Shown: in pieces, positions 1 to 12,223 of the stretch
Numbering within the stretch: the stretch's first letter is position 1
Layout of the letters: each line of letters starts with the position of its first letter
Source of the DNA: Eledone cirrhosa
Taxonomy: Eukaryota
NCBI GenBank assembly: GCA_964016885.1
Contig: OZ024747.1
Span: 23,994,001 to 24,058,000 of the forward strand
DNA: 64,000 nt
Direction of reading: 5' to 3'
The notes under the pieces: generated by a model
The model's database searches: none
What the model saw: the letters and a program-made list of their open reading frames with translations, nothing else
What the model was told of the DNA's origin: nothing
Program-made: the position numbers and the translations under genes

Positions 1-2
1 TT

Positions 3-1430
3 ACTAGTTCCACATATGGAGATGTTCTTCTTTCCATTTCTATGTCTAGGAATTACCATATGACCAGAAGAGTTCAAAGCTCAACTCCTTCATATTCTAA
101 GAAATCTCCTACAATATTTAAATTCCTGTCTGTTACAAAGCAACAGCCAACCTCTATAATGAACAGTGATATCACCACAACTTTCTCACTTAAACTCCAC
201 TCTGGTTCCATTCATACCTCTCCCATAGTATCACGTCCTACCCCAGTGTACACTAGACATCCCATTGCCTCTTCTAGTGTAACACTACATTCGTTTTTAA
301 ACCCTGTAGATTCTTTTAAATCAAGTGAAACACTCAATATTGATGATCATCTTACATTTATGACCAAACATCCTACACCATCTCCTTCAATTTCCAAACT
401 TTATACTGACTATGGTTCTGCATCTGGAGATGATATCGATTCCAGTTCTACCTCTGGTGATGATCTGGACTCTACTTCTGGAGCTGGACATGATCTGGAC
501 TCTAATTCTGGATATGGTGATGATGTGGACTCTGGTTCTACTCCCGGAAAAGATTCAGTTTCCAACTATGGCTCTGGACATTTCCCAAGCTCTAATATCC
601 TCTCTGGTGTTTATGCAGTTTTATCTTCATCAAGGATAGTTAAACCAGTCTCTAATTCAATTTCTGATCATTCTATTAAATCTACCCAAATTAATTCCAA
701 CTCCTCCATGGTTGCTTCTTCAACTACTTTAGACTCAATTTCTCTATATCATATTGATAATAACTCTATTTCTGGCAATAGAAATAGTTCTAGTTCTTCC
801 TTAATCCATAATCCACTCCAGAAGCTTAGCTCCAGAAAATCTTCACATACAAATTCAGAATCTAGTTTGACTCTTGTTGATGATGTGGACTACAGTTCTG
901 GCTCAAGTGATCATCTCTCCTCAAACTCTGCCTCAGGTGATGACCTTGACCCCAACTCTGCTTCTGGTGATGATCTTGATACCAGCTCGGCCTCAGGTGA
1001 TCATCTTGACACCAACTCTGGCTCTGGTGTCAGTTCAGAAAGTTATAGATCAGGCAATGACCAGAAAATTTCAAGTTCTACCTTGCTTCATAAAAAAGAG
1101 GATTCAAAACCTGATAAAAAGTGTAGATGTCAATCAAAACTCCTATGTGCCATCAGTTCAAACTACAAACATGAAAAGTCAGTAAGCAATGACATTTACA
1201 TCCAGAGTTACCCTCACACAAGATCTAAACGACAGACAAGGCAAATAAAGAGAAAAAAGAAAAGCTGGAAAAGCTTATTCTTAAATACTCGACCATACAC
1301 AAGGCACCATTCTCATGAGAAGTTACATGTGCATTTTCAACCATCTGCTTTGAGAAAACAATCACCTGATGATAGTAATAAAGATCACATCATTCAAGAT
1401 TTGGTTCCTAGTGACATGTATGATTACTAA
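3..1430 (+). CDS. 3' part (probably terminal exon) of a Ser/Thr-rich low-complexity protein with SGDDLD repeats; product unknown, possibly secreted or proteoglycan-like
   Basis: The frame is open from nt 3 (TSSTYGDVLLSISM...) to TAA at 1428-1430, so the track ATG at 42 is probably internal. It is stop-free for >470 codons, has two clusters of ~10-aa SG(D/H)DLD repeats and an RSKR motif, and is followed by AATAAA at 1715-1720. Confidence 0.7.
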   Translation, partial: TSSTYGDVLLSISMSRNYHMTRRVQSSTPSYSKKSPTIFKFLSVTKQQPTSIMNSDITTTFSLKLHSGSIHTSPIVSRPTPVYTRHPIASSSVTLHSFLNPVDSFKSSETLNIDDHLTFMTKHPTPSPSISKLYTDYGSASGDDIDSSSTSGDDLDSTSGAGHDLDSNSGYGDDVDSGSTPGKDSVSNYGSGHFPSSNILSGVYAVLSSSRIVKPVSNSISDHSIKSTQINSNSSMVASSTTLDSISLYHIDNNSISGNRNSSSSSLIHNPLQKLSSRKSSHTNSESSLTLVDDVDYSSGSSDHLSSNSASGDDLDPNSASGDDLDTSSASGDHLDTNSGSGVSSESYRSGNDQKISSSTLLHKKEDSKPDKKCRCQSKLLCAISSNYKHEKSVSNDIYIQSYPHTRSKRQTRQIKRKKKSWKSLFLNTRPYTRHHSHEKLHVHFQPSALRKQSPDDSNKDHIIQDLVPSDMYDY

Positions 1431-1949
1431 GACGTTGAAAACATTCCACAAAGCTGAGTCTTAAACTATTGTGACGCATTGATTTTGTCTGTTTTCCTCT
1501 CTTTTCCACCAGCCTTCTTGTTTCTTATCTGTTTTCCCATTTCTTACATGTCCTCTAATAATCCAGGATTAAGATAAAAATCTATTTTTTAAAGCAATGA
1601 AAAGGCTAACATCTTATGTGATAAAAATTCATTTATTGTGGAATATTTTGTTATTTTTATTCTTAAAAAAAAACATGAAAAATATTTTCTGTTAAGAAAA
1701 TACAAAAATTATGAAATAAAGAACAAATATTTACAGAGAAACAACAGTAAAAGTAGAGCATATTATGCTAATTAATTATAGAATATTCTATTAAATAATT
1801 ACTGGAATGTGATAGTCTTCCCATTCAATATTTAATCTGTATTGTTGCGAACTCTCTCTCTCTCTATTTATCTGTCTAACTATCTATATATGTATATATA
1901 TATATATATATACATACACACATATGTATGTATATATATACATACACAC

Positions 1950-1980
<31 letters not shown>

Positions 1981-2216
1981 TATATATATATATATATATC
2001 ATCATCATCCTCGTTTAACGTCCACTTTCCACGCTAGCATGGGTTATATATAATATACACATACCATTTCATTTATTCCCAACACAAGTGGGAGTGAGTA
2101 GGCATCACAAAGAGGAAAGGAGTGTGTTGGTATAGATTAATACTCAAATTTAATATAATGCAATGTTGTAAAATATAGATATTATTTACACCACATATAC
2201 ACACTCATGCAGATAA

Positions 2217-2259
<43 letters not shown>

Positions 2260-2262
<3 letters not shown>

Positions 2263-2432
2263 GTTTCTACTTTTGGCACAAGGCCAGCAATTACTCAGTG
2301 CATTACTGGTACTTTATTTTATCGACCCCGTAAGGATGAAAGGCAAAGTTAACCTCGGCAGGATTTGAACTCAGAATGGCAAGGGCCGTAAAGCATAGTG
2401 TCCGACCCTCTACCGATATTGCCAATCCTCCC
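2260..2432 (-). mobile_element. tRNA-derived SINE, family A (most abundant SINE here)
   Basis: Core GAGTTCAAATCC..CCGAGGTTAACTTTGCCTTTCATCCTTACGGGGTCGATAAAATAAAGTACCAG recurs at ~4800-4950(+), 16060-16200(-), 23050-23240(-), 27843-28027(-), 28690-28850(+), 28915-29105(-), 36370-36520(+), 36960-37105(-), 52735-52880(-) and 54030-54212(-). The head has A/B-box-like motifs. Confidence 0.8.
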
Positions 2433-2819
2433 TCTAAAGGTTATATATAATGTGTGCGCATTATATGCATGTATGCAAGGATATAAATGATGTAACATAC
2501 ACTGTCTGTATTGAAGGTAAACTGACATTTGAAACTGTGATAATGAGTTTGAATTTAAAACATCCTTTCTATGTTGTTCTTGTTTCATTCATTTTATTTT
2601 ATTTTATTCCATTTATATTTTAACAATGTTAGCATTTTCCTACATCAGTGGACCACATTGCACTAATGAGAAGAAATATAACTAATCACCATAACTATCA
2701 ATATGTCTCAATGTAGTAATGTGATTGTAATAGCAATGTTTGTCTTTGCCTTCAGTTTTACCTATATATTTTTCTTTGTTCAGTATCAGAATTAGATCTT
2801 CTATACTGTGGCTCATATA

Positions 2820-4450
2820 GAAAAATTAAGCTATTGGGACATTGATTGAAGTTATTGGAAAGAGTGTTAGAGTAGAAGATAAAGGAGAAAGTGAACATTG
2901 AGATATGCAGTTTGGATTTGCGCTGGGAAAAGAAACAACTGATGCAATTTTTATAGTGAGGCAGTTACAGGAGAAGTACAGGTACAACAGAAAATTTGTT
3001 TTATGGGTTTGTTGATCTAGAGAAAACTTTCAATAGGATTCCACATGAAGTAATAATAATAATGAAATTATTGTGTAAAGTGCTCAGGTGCACTACAACT
3101 CGTCAATATAGTACATAGAATAATACACAAATGTCAGGGAAGTACATGTTTGTATGTGTTAGCTGTAGTGTTGGCGGATCTCGGGAAGCATGGAGGCCTT
3201 AAAGGATGCAGTGTCTCGACAGCTAACAACTGATGCAGGTAGTTTGTTCCATGCTTCAGCAACTCTGAGCGTGAAAAAATGTTTCCGAAAGTCATGGGAA
3301 CTGTGCTGTTTTCTTACTTTGTGGGCATGTTCACATGTGTTAGACACATGGAAATCGAAAAGGCACTCAGGGTTGTTGTTGGCAACATGGTTAACAATTT
3401 TGTGGGTGTTTACCAAGTCAGTTGCCAGGCGTCGGAGCTTCAATGAATCCATGCCCAGGGAAGCAAGGCGCTCAGAGTATGGTAGATGCCTGATGGAGGG
3501 TATTCGCTTGGTTGCACGTCTCTGAACAGTTTCCAGGCGGTCAATGTCCTGAGCAATGGACATGGACATTAGAGAATTGGGAGTGGGGGCATGGTTGGTT
3601 AGTGATGGCATGCTTGGTTAGAGTAGTGATGACAATGTATGATAAAACTTGTATAGTTATAAGAGTGAATGATGGGAACAGTGACGGGTTTGAAGTGAAG
3701 ATTTTGAGTGCATCAGGGATGAGTATTAAGCCCAATACTATCTGCAGTTGTGATGGAGGTACTGACCTGAAGTGTAAAGGAATATTTACCACAAGCGTTG
3801 CTGAATGCAGATGATCTGGGTTAATAGTAGAGAGTATGGATGGACAAAGGAAGAAGATAGGTGGGAGAAATGTATGGAGGCAAAAAGTATGAAGGTAAAT
3901 ATTGGAAAGCCATGTAATAGCAAATGGTAATGCATTTGGTGAGATGGAAAGTACAGGAAGGTGGCTTCATGCAGTGGGTGCAGTATGCAGGAAGCATGTT
4001 GGAATGAGCTCCATTAAATGTATATGCATTGGCTGTGTACATCGAAAAATATACTGGTGTGAAAGGATTATTAAATAATGTGGAAGCTACATTTTAGTGT
4101 AAATTGTGTATGGAGAAAGCTACATTTAAAAAGGATGTTGAGCTGGATTTTTAGGAATGGTGTTAAGATTGAAGGTGTATGGAAGAAGTTTTGGAAACTG
4201 AGTGGTATGCTAATGAGGAGGGGAGTGTTGTTGAAACTGAAAGGAAAAGTGTATACTACATGTGTGAGAAGTGCCATAATTTATGGGAGCATGACATGGG
4301 TGATGAACATGGTGCAACAGAAAAGGCTGAAGAGAATAGAAATGAGAATGATCCTGTGGAGTATTATCAAGAAAGAGGAAGACAATGAATTGCAGAGTAT
4401 GATGAGAATAGAACCAATGTTATGAAGAGCAATGGAATGAGATGTTTTAG
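2820..4450 (+). mobile_element. Degenerate RTE-clade LINE remnant, interrupted by a CR1-type fragment
   Basis: Frameshifted pieces DAIFIVRQLQEKY, FVDLEKTFNRIP and LKGKVYTTCVRSAIIYGS.TW are typical of RTE reverse transcriptases. Confidence 0.7.
3052..3570 (-). mobile_element. 5'-truncated CR1/L2-group LINE 3' end with (TAT)n tail
   Basis: Encodes DIDRLETVQRRATKRIP...YSERL..L...SL..RR...D and FFTLRVAEAWNKLP. The same 3' terminus (GAGTTGTAGTGCACCTGAGCACT...ATTATTATT) recurs twice at ~29245-29480 (+). Confidence 0.85.
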
Positions 4451-6099
4451 TAAAGAAGGTGATATTAAACTACTTCTATCAACTTTAGATCAAGTGAAAG
4501 TGACTTCAGCTTTATATGCTATTGCTTGTGCATTGCTAGACATATTTAATAGGTATGTTATTGGGTTCCTGCACACACACACACACACGTATATGGTGTA
4601 TATGGAGTTCTTTATATATATATCATAGATGTAATGTTTCTTTGGGATATTTTACTAAATTTTTCTTCAACTTCTAATGGTGTTAATTTTCTGTTGGTAA
4701 ATGAAAAGACACAAATCCCATCCTTATGTTTGTAATACACAATCACTTCCAGTGATTATATATTGGATGTATAATAACACAACACTAACACCTACCTAAG
4801 GGGGTGAATTGGCTGAGTAGTTAAGGTGTCAGATTAAATAGCTCAGTAATTGTTCCAGCTCACTGCACTCTCAGTTAAAATCCTGCCGAGATCAACTTTG
4901 CCTTTCATTTCAAGGTCAATAAATAAAGTATCAATCCAATACTGGGGTCGATTCTCTCGAACAAATTGGCTGTAGTCAGACCCAGAGAGGGATGGGCTCT
5001 GCCAAGCCTTAAAAATACCCAAGACACACTGTCAGGATGGCATACAGATGCTTGTCAATAAAAGAAGTTATTCTCTGAAATGGATTGTAATTGCTCTCTA
5101 AAACACTTTCATAATAATCAACCCTTTCATCACCATATTTCTAATGAAAAATTCTGTATCTTAATTAATTAACAAAAACTTTGGACAAATTTACAAAAAT
5201 TATTAATCATAGGTAGTATCTGTAACACAACTGGTTCTTATATAAAGTTAATAAATAAGGAATTTTGAGGGATTTACTAAAATCATTAACCATTTTCTTA
5301 TTAAGATGGTATATGTAACATTAAAGATTTTAAAATCGATGGTTCTGTTTCATAAACCCTGAGGAGGTTTATCCAGATTGATATACAGAGTTGAATGTTC
5401 TCTCATTAACGAAATCATAAAAAAGTGTGGTTTTTATTCCAATAATTTTGCCTAAAAATAATAGACTTTCATAGTCCAACCCATGCTAACATGGAAAAAA
5501 GGATGTAAAATGATGATGTTCATGATGATCCTGCCAAGATCAACTTTGCTTTTCATCCTTTCATGGTTGATAAAAATGTACCGGTCCAGTACTGAGGTCA
5601 ATTCTTCTATGTCTCTTTCTTACTCTCACTCTGGAGGAAAATGTTCCAAGCGGGTTTAAAGGGCCTAAGACATATTGTATAAAGTGCAGAGAAATCTCAG
5701 TGGTTGGGCCTCGTGGGAGAGGTAGACACAGGAATACATCGTGAAAATCGATTTCAAGAAGCTGAAACTCAATCTCACAATGGGAATGACAAAGGACCAC
5801 AAGAAATGGCAACATGCTGTACCGGGGAAGACACCTAACTGTACATAATGTGATCTGACTCATTCACCTGACCTCCTCCGCCCACTCCACTACTAGCTAT
5901 CCTCACCCTTACTGTACACTCCCATACACTATAACTCTAAAATCTTGACTCACTAGTTAGTACCACCCCATGCTACTGGACGTCACCCTCCATTCCTACA
6001 TATCCAGTGAAACCCCATTGGAAAAGTTTATTTTGTTGATGCTCTTACTACCAACTATCCCTGTACATCTGTCACTACAAAGTCTATTTTTTCTGTTAC

Positions 6100-6600
6100 T
6101 CAGCCTTCTATCCCATTATCTCCTCTTCCAGATTCGACTATGAGTACCAGGTCATTAGCATACAGAAGTTCCCATGGACAACCAGTCTTAAACTCTTGGA
6201 GAACTATAGTAAACAGGCATGGACTGATGCACTCCTACCTGCACATTGAATTCTTCACTAAACTCATTACCTAATTTCACTTTACTGACAGCTCTTCTGT
6301 ACATAGCTTGCAAAGCTCTCACAAGCCATTCGTCTTCATCTAGTTTAAGGAGCACGAGATAACAGACAATGGTACTCTGTAAAAGGCTTTCTGCATATAC
6401 AAAAGTGACTTACACATAGCTAAGAACTTCTCATGTAGTTGTCTCACTAAGAAGAGGGCATCATTGGTGTTCTTTCTTGATACAAAACCAAACTGCATCT
6501 CATCTAGTTTGACTCTTTCCATAATTTGTTATACTAAAACTCTTTCTGCCACTTGTATAACTTCGTCCATTAGTTTTCTTTGTAGTTGCTCCTTTCTAGA
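6100..6600 (-). mobile_element. Degenerate RTE-clade LINE RT fragment
   Basis: Encodes LDEMQFGFVSRKNTNDALFLVRQLHEKFLA...KAFYRVP. Confidence 0.7.
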
Positions 6601-6706
6601 GCAACACTCACACAGTATATGTCTGTGTACATATACACCATTTAACATCTACTTTTCTTATATACATTATATCCTGTGTAGTGCCATAGTGATTAATAAA
6701 TAATGT

Positions 6707-7035
6707 GAAGGCACATGGTTTTAAAGGTTAGTGTTGGGCTTGCAATCGTGAGTTCGATTCCTGGACTGGGTGATGCATTGTATCCTTGAGCAAGACACTT
6801 TATTTTACATTGCTCTAATCCACTCAGCTGTAGAAATGAATTGCAATGTCACTGGTGTCAAGCTGTATTGGCCTTTGTCTTTCCTTTGGACAACATCAGT
6901 GGTGTGTTAAGGGAAGACTGATATGCATAAGTGACTGTTGGTCCTCTACAATCTTACCTGGACTTGTGCCTCAGAGGGAAACTTTCTAAGTGCAATTCCC
7001 ATGGTCGTCCGTGACCGACGGGGGTCTTAGCCCTC
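6707..7035 (+). mobile_element. tRNA-derived SINE, family B
   Basis: B-box GAGTTCGATTCC followed by CCTTGAGCAAGACACTTTATTTT..TTGCT..A.TCCACTCAGCTG. Related copies lie at ~41030-41330(+), 10080-10230(-), 11730-11920(-), 15830-16000(-) and 25960-26680(+). Confidence 0.7.
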
Positions 7036-7834
7036 ATATATATATCATACATATGCACACACAGATCATTGTATTTCATTAAAGATTGTTAGCATTTTTC
7101 TTAGGGAAAATATTTTGCATGAATGAAAAATTAGGGATTGTATCATATTTTTTGTTCTTCCAGGGAAAATACAGATGTGATCTGGTGATGTTACTCCTTA
7201 AGCTGAATGCCCATTGGTTCCAATATATTTGGAGTAAATCTATTAAAAAAAATACTATGCATGCAGATTTAACCTAAAAGCAAGGGAGACAATCATTGGA
7301 AGATTAAAAAAAATATTTTCTTTCTTTAGCCATCTCTAATCACATTCTCATAGATGTGTACATGTACACAATAAATACCAGCAGGAACATTTGAGATTTT
7401 TTTTTAATGTTCAAATTCTTATGAACGACAAACTAAAACCCACCATCAAACACCTGTTTTACTTATATTCTGTTTATTCATGTTTGTATTTTAATTATAC
7501 ATTAGTGATTTACTGGTCACATCTAACATTCTCGCAAGGTAGACTATAGCAATTTCCTCACACATTCTAACATTACACTCCAAGGTAGACTATAGTAATT
7601 TCCTCACACATTCTAACATTACACTCCAAGGTAAACTATAGCAATTTCCTTGTCACATTTGACAATATATGCCAAGCAATATTCTAGACACTTCTGACAG
7701 ATACAGTCTGTGTCCCAATTAACAGTAATGTTTAAAATGACTCCACTTGCTGAATGTCTTGTTTATGACGCATAGTTAGAACATTGATATATCGTTATGA
7801 CAGAATATTTATATATAGTCATAACAGAGCACTG

Positions 7835-7881
7835 ACAAAAAAAAAACAAACAAACAAACTATTGTCAAAAAGATTTTTATT
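7835..7881 (-). terminator. Candidate PDIA4 polyadenylation signal
   Basis: AATAAA on the - strand (7876-7881) is followed ~15-45 nt downstream by a GU/U-rich tract (GTTTGTTTGTTTGTTTTTTTTTTTG). This would imply a ~1.3 kb 3'UTR. Confidence 0.55.
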
Positions 7882-9193
7882 TACATAAGTTTTGGACCCA
7901 TACAAAAGTAATAGTGAATAAATGATAGTATATATTATTTTTACACATAAAAAAACATAGCTAACACTCATTTATTGGTTGTTTAGTCCTCTCTCTATAC
8001 ACAGGTTTTTCAGCCACCCGCTCACTTAATATTACTTTAGCACCCTACCCTCTGCTACCACTGTAGTTACTCAACCCCTCCTCACCTAACATTATTAGCT
8101 CCACCCTTTCTCCTAACACTAACTGATCAGCTCCACTCTTTCTCTTAACACTGTAGTTTGTACAAAGAGCCTGATAAAAAAATAAAACACGTTTCTTTCA
8201 ACATTAAGTACAAATAAAATAATTTGCATAACAAAAACTAGCAGAATCAACTAGCATTGATTATATATATATTTTATATTAAAACTTTTTCATAATAAAA
8301 ATTACACACAAAAGAACAAATGAGTTTCTTTCACTGTGAACAGATAAAAAAAAATATGCAGAAAGTGTTTATAATGAGCCATCCAGGCTGGCATTCAATC
8401 TATAGTAAAGAGATCAACCCAGCAGCAGTCTGAAGTTAGCATACCAGGACCAGGTAGTTTTAGTAGTGACTACTACAATTACTAATACAACAGTTATTAG
8501 TAGTTGATTTACTTGAAAGTGTACAATGTTCAGTTGGCCCAGCATCTTACAAGGTCAATTGATACCTCAACTCTACCCCTGTCTCCATTATTCAAAATCC
8601 ATATATAAAAGTTCCTATATATGTTGATGTTTTGGAGGAGACCTATCGCTGGTCCTTTAGAGGTTGAGGAAATTCAGGAAAAAGATAGCCGAAGGAAGGG
8701 GTTAGAGTTATCTCCCTTACATTAGGTGATACAGGACATTAAGAGTTTTACAACTTTTTTTATTTTAAATATTTCTGACTGTATATGTTGAAACGTACAC
8801 TATCTAAAGATGCATAGGATAACAAGGGCCCATTGTACTGCACAGAGAATTGAACCTATTCAGCAGATATGTATCATACATGCAAGAACATGAATCGTAA
8901 TGTAGGGAAATGAATCGAAAACAAATTTAGAAGTTTGGCATCCAGGAATGAAATATTCCTTATTTGAATTTCGGAAAAAAAAAAAAAAAAATGAAAATGT
9001 GTTTTGTTTGAGAGGTAAAGCAAAAGCGAGAATCTTTTTTTTTTTTTACTCAAAATATTTTTTCAAGTGAAACGGAATCTGCAGATGGAATTAGAACTTC
9101 TGCTTGAGACATACAACAGCAATAACAGTCACAAATCTTTCTCAAAATAGAAAAATTAGAAAGAGTTCTGTAAATTTCTTAATTTTTTTTTTT

Positions 9194-9606
9194 TTACAAC
9201 TCAACATGTTTAGTGTTTAGGGAGACTGTGCTGTGTTCTTCAAGGAATTTTACAAAATCTTTCGTCTCTCTACCTCCAGTATATTTTATAGGGTTGTCCT
9301 TATTGTTGGTAGGTGCAAAATAAATAGTTGGGAAACCTTCTGGTTTGAATTCTGTAGGCACATCATTGGCTGTGGCATCCATCTTAGCAATAACAAGGTT
9401 TTTATTCTTCTGCAGAGACTTAGCAAGCTTTTTATAAATCGGCTCCAACTTCTGACAGTGTCCACACCATGGAGCATAGAACTCAATAAGGACATCTTTG
9501 GACTTATCAAGAACTACTGCATCAAAGGTTTTAGCCACAACAGTTACAACTGGTCCTTTATCTTTCTTGGGAATTGGCTGAGATTTGATATGTGGTTTCA
9601 GTTTTC
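9194..9606 (-). CDS. PDIA4: PDIA4/ERp72 exon 11 (third catalytic thioredoxin domain, stop codon)
   Basis: Acceptor ctctag|G. Encodes GKLKPHIKSQPIPK...EFYAPWCGHCQKLEP...KMDATAND...GFPTIYFAP...KHVEL*. Confidence 0.96.
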
Positions 9607-10530
9607 CTAGAGGAATATGAAAAGAAAAGAATTTAACTCTCCTGATAACAAAACACCTGTAACTGCCCTTCATTTTGTGATACAAAATTGTTCATTTTAA
9701 GGCATATATATTTATTTAAAAACTTTCCAACATGATTTTATGTAAGAACCTTCGATAAGTTAAGTTCCAAAAAAATCAACTTAATAATAAAATCCCTCCA
9801 AATTCATAGTATTTACAATGAGTATCTATCAACAAAAGGGTTAATGTAAACAAAAAGGGAAAATGTAAATAAGACATCTTGCATGTTTGGTTTTAGGTTA
9901 TAACCAGGAAATGCTTATATTCTTTTACTGGTATTTTACAGTCATTGGACTGCAGCTATGCTGGGGCACCACTTTAGAAGGGTTAAGTCAATCATATTGA
10001 GCACAGTACTTAACTTATCTCGGTTTCATATGTTAATACCCCTTCGGTGAGAAACTAATCTGTCACAAAGTGAAACCAACCTGCTGCTACTTCTGGTACT
10101 CATTTGCAGCTGAGTGGACTGGAACAATGTGAAATGAAGTGACCTGCACATGACCCAGCCCAGAGATTGAACTCACAATCATACAATTGTGGGACCAATA
10201 CCACAACAACTTAGCTATGTACCACCACACAATTACAGAAACAGCAGCAACAACACAAAGCATTTTAAGGCCTTTTTCCTTGTTTAAGTACGAGTTAGCC
10301 TTGTGGGCTTCCTGACAGATTTCTTACTGATCATAGTGATTTTTTTGAGGTAATGCTTTACAGCTGGGTGCCCTTCTAGTGCCAACCCTTTTAGTCTCTT
10401 CATAAAACATACAGGGATACAGTGTATTTATACTAAACTGGGTATAAATAGCTGTAAATTAAAATACATAAACTAATACAATTAAAGAAAGTATTCAACT
10501 TTGAAGATAAAATAAAATGAAGTAACAAAC

Positions 10531-10767
10531 CTTGAACAAAGTTATCTAAAAAGGACTCAATATGGGATGAATCAAATTCATCCATTGGTTCCATGCTGTA
10601 TCGTTGTTTCTCTTCTGCAAGTATTCCAATGTTCATATCTTCACCAGAATCTTCAAATCCAAAATCTTTCATCAAATTGGAATGGTCTTCTTCATTGGCA
10701 ATAACAAAAGTGATGTCTTTGTAGTTCTGGGCAAATTTGGCAATTTTCTTCCGCCACATCTGGGTTG
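10531..10767 (-). CDS. PDIA4: PDIA4 exon 10 (b' domain)
   Basis: ttccag|CA...CAAG|gtttgt. Encodes ATQMWRKKIAKFA...DFGFEDSGEDMNIGI...FLDNFVQ; phase 1/1. Confidence 0.93.
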
Positions 10768-10796
10768 CTGGAATAGAGAGAGAGATGTGATATAAA

Positions 10797-10960
10797 AGCT
10801 CTACACAAGATGTGTCACAATTACAGCTCTACACAAGATGTGTCACAATTACAGCTCTACACAAGATGTGTCACAATTACAGCTCTACACAAGATGTGTC
10901 ACAATTACAGCTCTACACAAGATGTATCACAACACAGCTCTACACAAGATGTGTCACAAA
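10797..10960. repeat. 28-bp minisatellite in PDIA4 intron 9
   Basis: About 6 copies of AGCTCTACACAAGATGTGTCACAATTAC; same family as the 27-bp array at 12224. Confidence 0.9.
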
Positions 10961-11051
10961 ACCTGAAAGTTTGAAGGTATTTGTCCAGTTCAAACATACA
11001 ACTACTTATTATAATAAAAAAAAACAACAGACTGATGTGGTGTTGTCTCAC

Positions 11052-11208
11052 CTTGTCGATAGTCAAAACTCCAGTCCACAGTGTAGAACACAACACAAAG
11101 GGGATATTTTGTACTGTATTTCTTCTCACTCTCGAAGTTGTAATGGCCAACAAGAGGGAACTGGTTTTTCTCAATGAAATTTAGGATGTCTGATCTTGTG
11201 GCATCTTC
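11052..11208 (-). CDS. PDIA4: PDIA4 exon 9
   Basis: ttcag|GAA...CAAG|gtgaga. Encodes EDATRSDILNFIEKNQFPLVGHY...PLCVVFYTVDWSFDYRQ; phase 0/1. Confidence 0.93.
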
Positions 11209-12005
11209 CTGAAAACATAGAAATATATAAATAAATTTACTAGAAACAAGACAGAAAAAGTAAATATCTGATCAAAATTTTTTTTTTTAGTGTGGAGTTT
11301 ATTGTCTATCTTTTTCATTTTACCATATTTCTAACGAAAGACAGTGTCTATGATTTTCAATTGACTTTGAAAATAATCAAGTTTGGAGGGATTTAGTAAT
11401 ATAATTTTCTCAATATTTAACTAATCTTTAGAGCATAACAAAGGTTATTATATAAAATTATGTTGGAAGGTTTTTGATAAATATAAACATTTCAAAATTA
11501 ACAGTTTTGTATTGTAAAAGCAAGGGCAGTTTCTGGTAGTTTGGTATGAAAGGGATTAAGAAATAATAAAAAAAAAATAAAGGAAACATGAGTATGTAAA
11601 ATAACTACACCAAATTAGTGAGATTGTAGAGGCTCTACTAAGAACCATATTTAGTAATGGTGCTGGTTCACAACTGTGGACTAAAGAAATACTAATTATA
11701 TACCTCTGAAAAATGAAATTTTCAGCTTACACCTAGATGCACATACAGCTGACTTCTCATAGGAGATATATCAGGTGTTTTAATGATAGGGCCCCCAGTC
11801 TTATCATGAAAAGCAATGTGAAATGAAGTATCTTCATCAAGAACACCATATGTTGCCCAGTCCCAAAACTGAATCCACGACCTTATGATCAGCAGTCAAA
11901 CACCTTAACCACTAGGTCACCTCTGGTGATGAATTGGACCTCTCACTGATTGATACTTATTTACAGCTAGGTGGACTAAGCCAAGACTAAAACTTAGAAA
12001 CTTAC

Positions 12006-12154
12006 CTTATCTAAAACATGTCTTTTAGGTTCATAATTTGTCTGGAATCTTTCTGGGATAAATATAACAATGCTGTTGGCAATTACGTTATAGGAATGCA
12101 GAATGTTTTTGTCAACAACATGAGCAAACTTATAGTCATCCCGTACCTCGTTGG
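12006..12154 (-). CDS. PDIA4: PDIA4 exon 8 (b domain)
   Basis: tttcag|CC...AAG|gtaag. Encodes ANEVRDDYKFAH...IFIPERFQTNYEPKRHVLDK; phase 1/0. Confidence 0.93.
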
Positions 12155-12223
12155 CTGAAATAAACAAGTAATCATCATCATCACAACCATCAACACTATT
12201 TCACAAATATCACATATATATTT

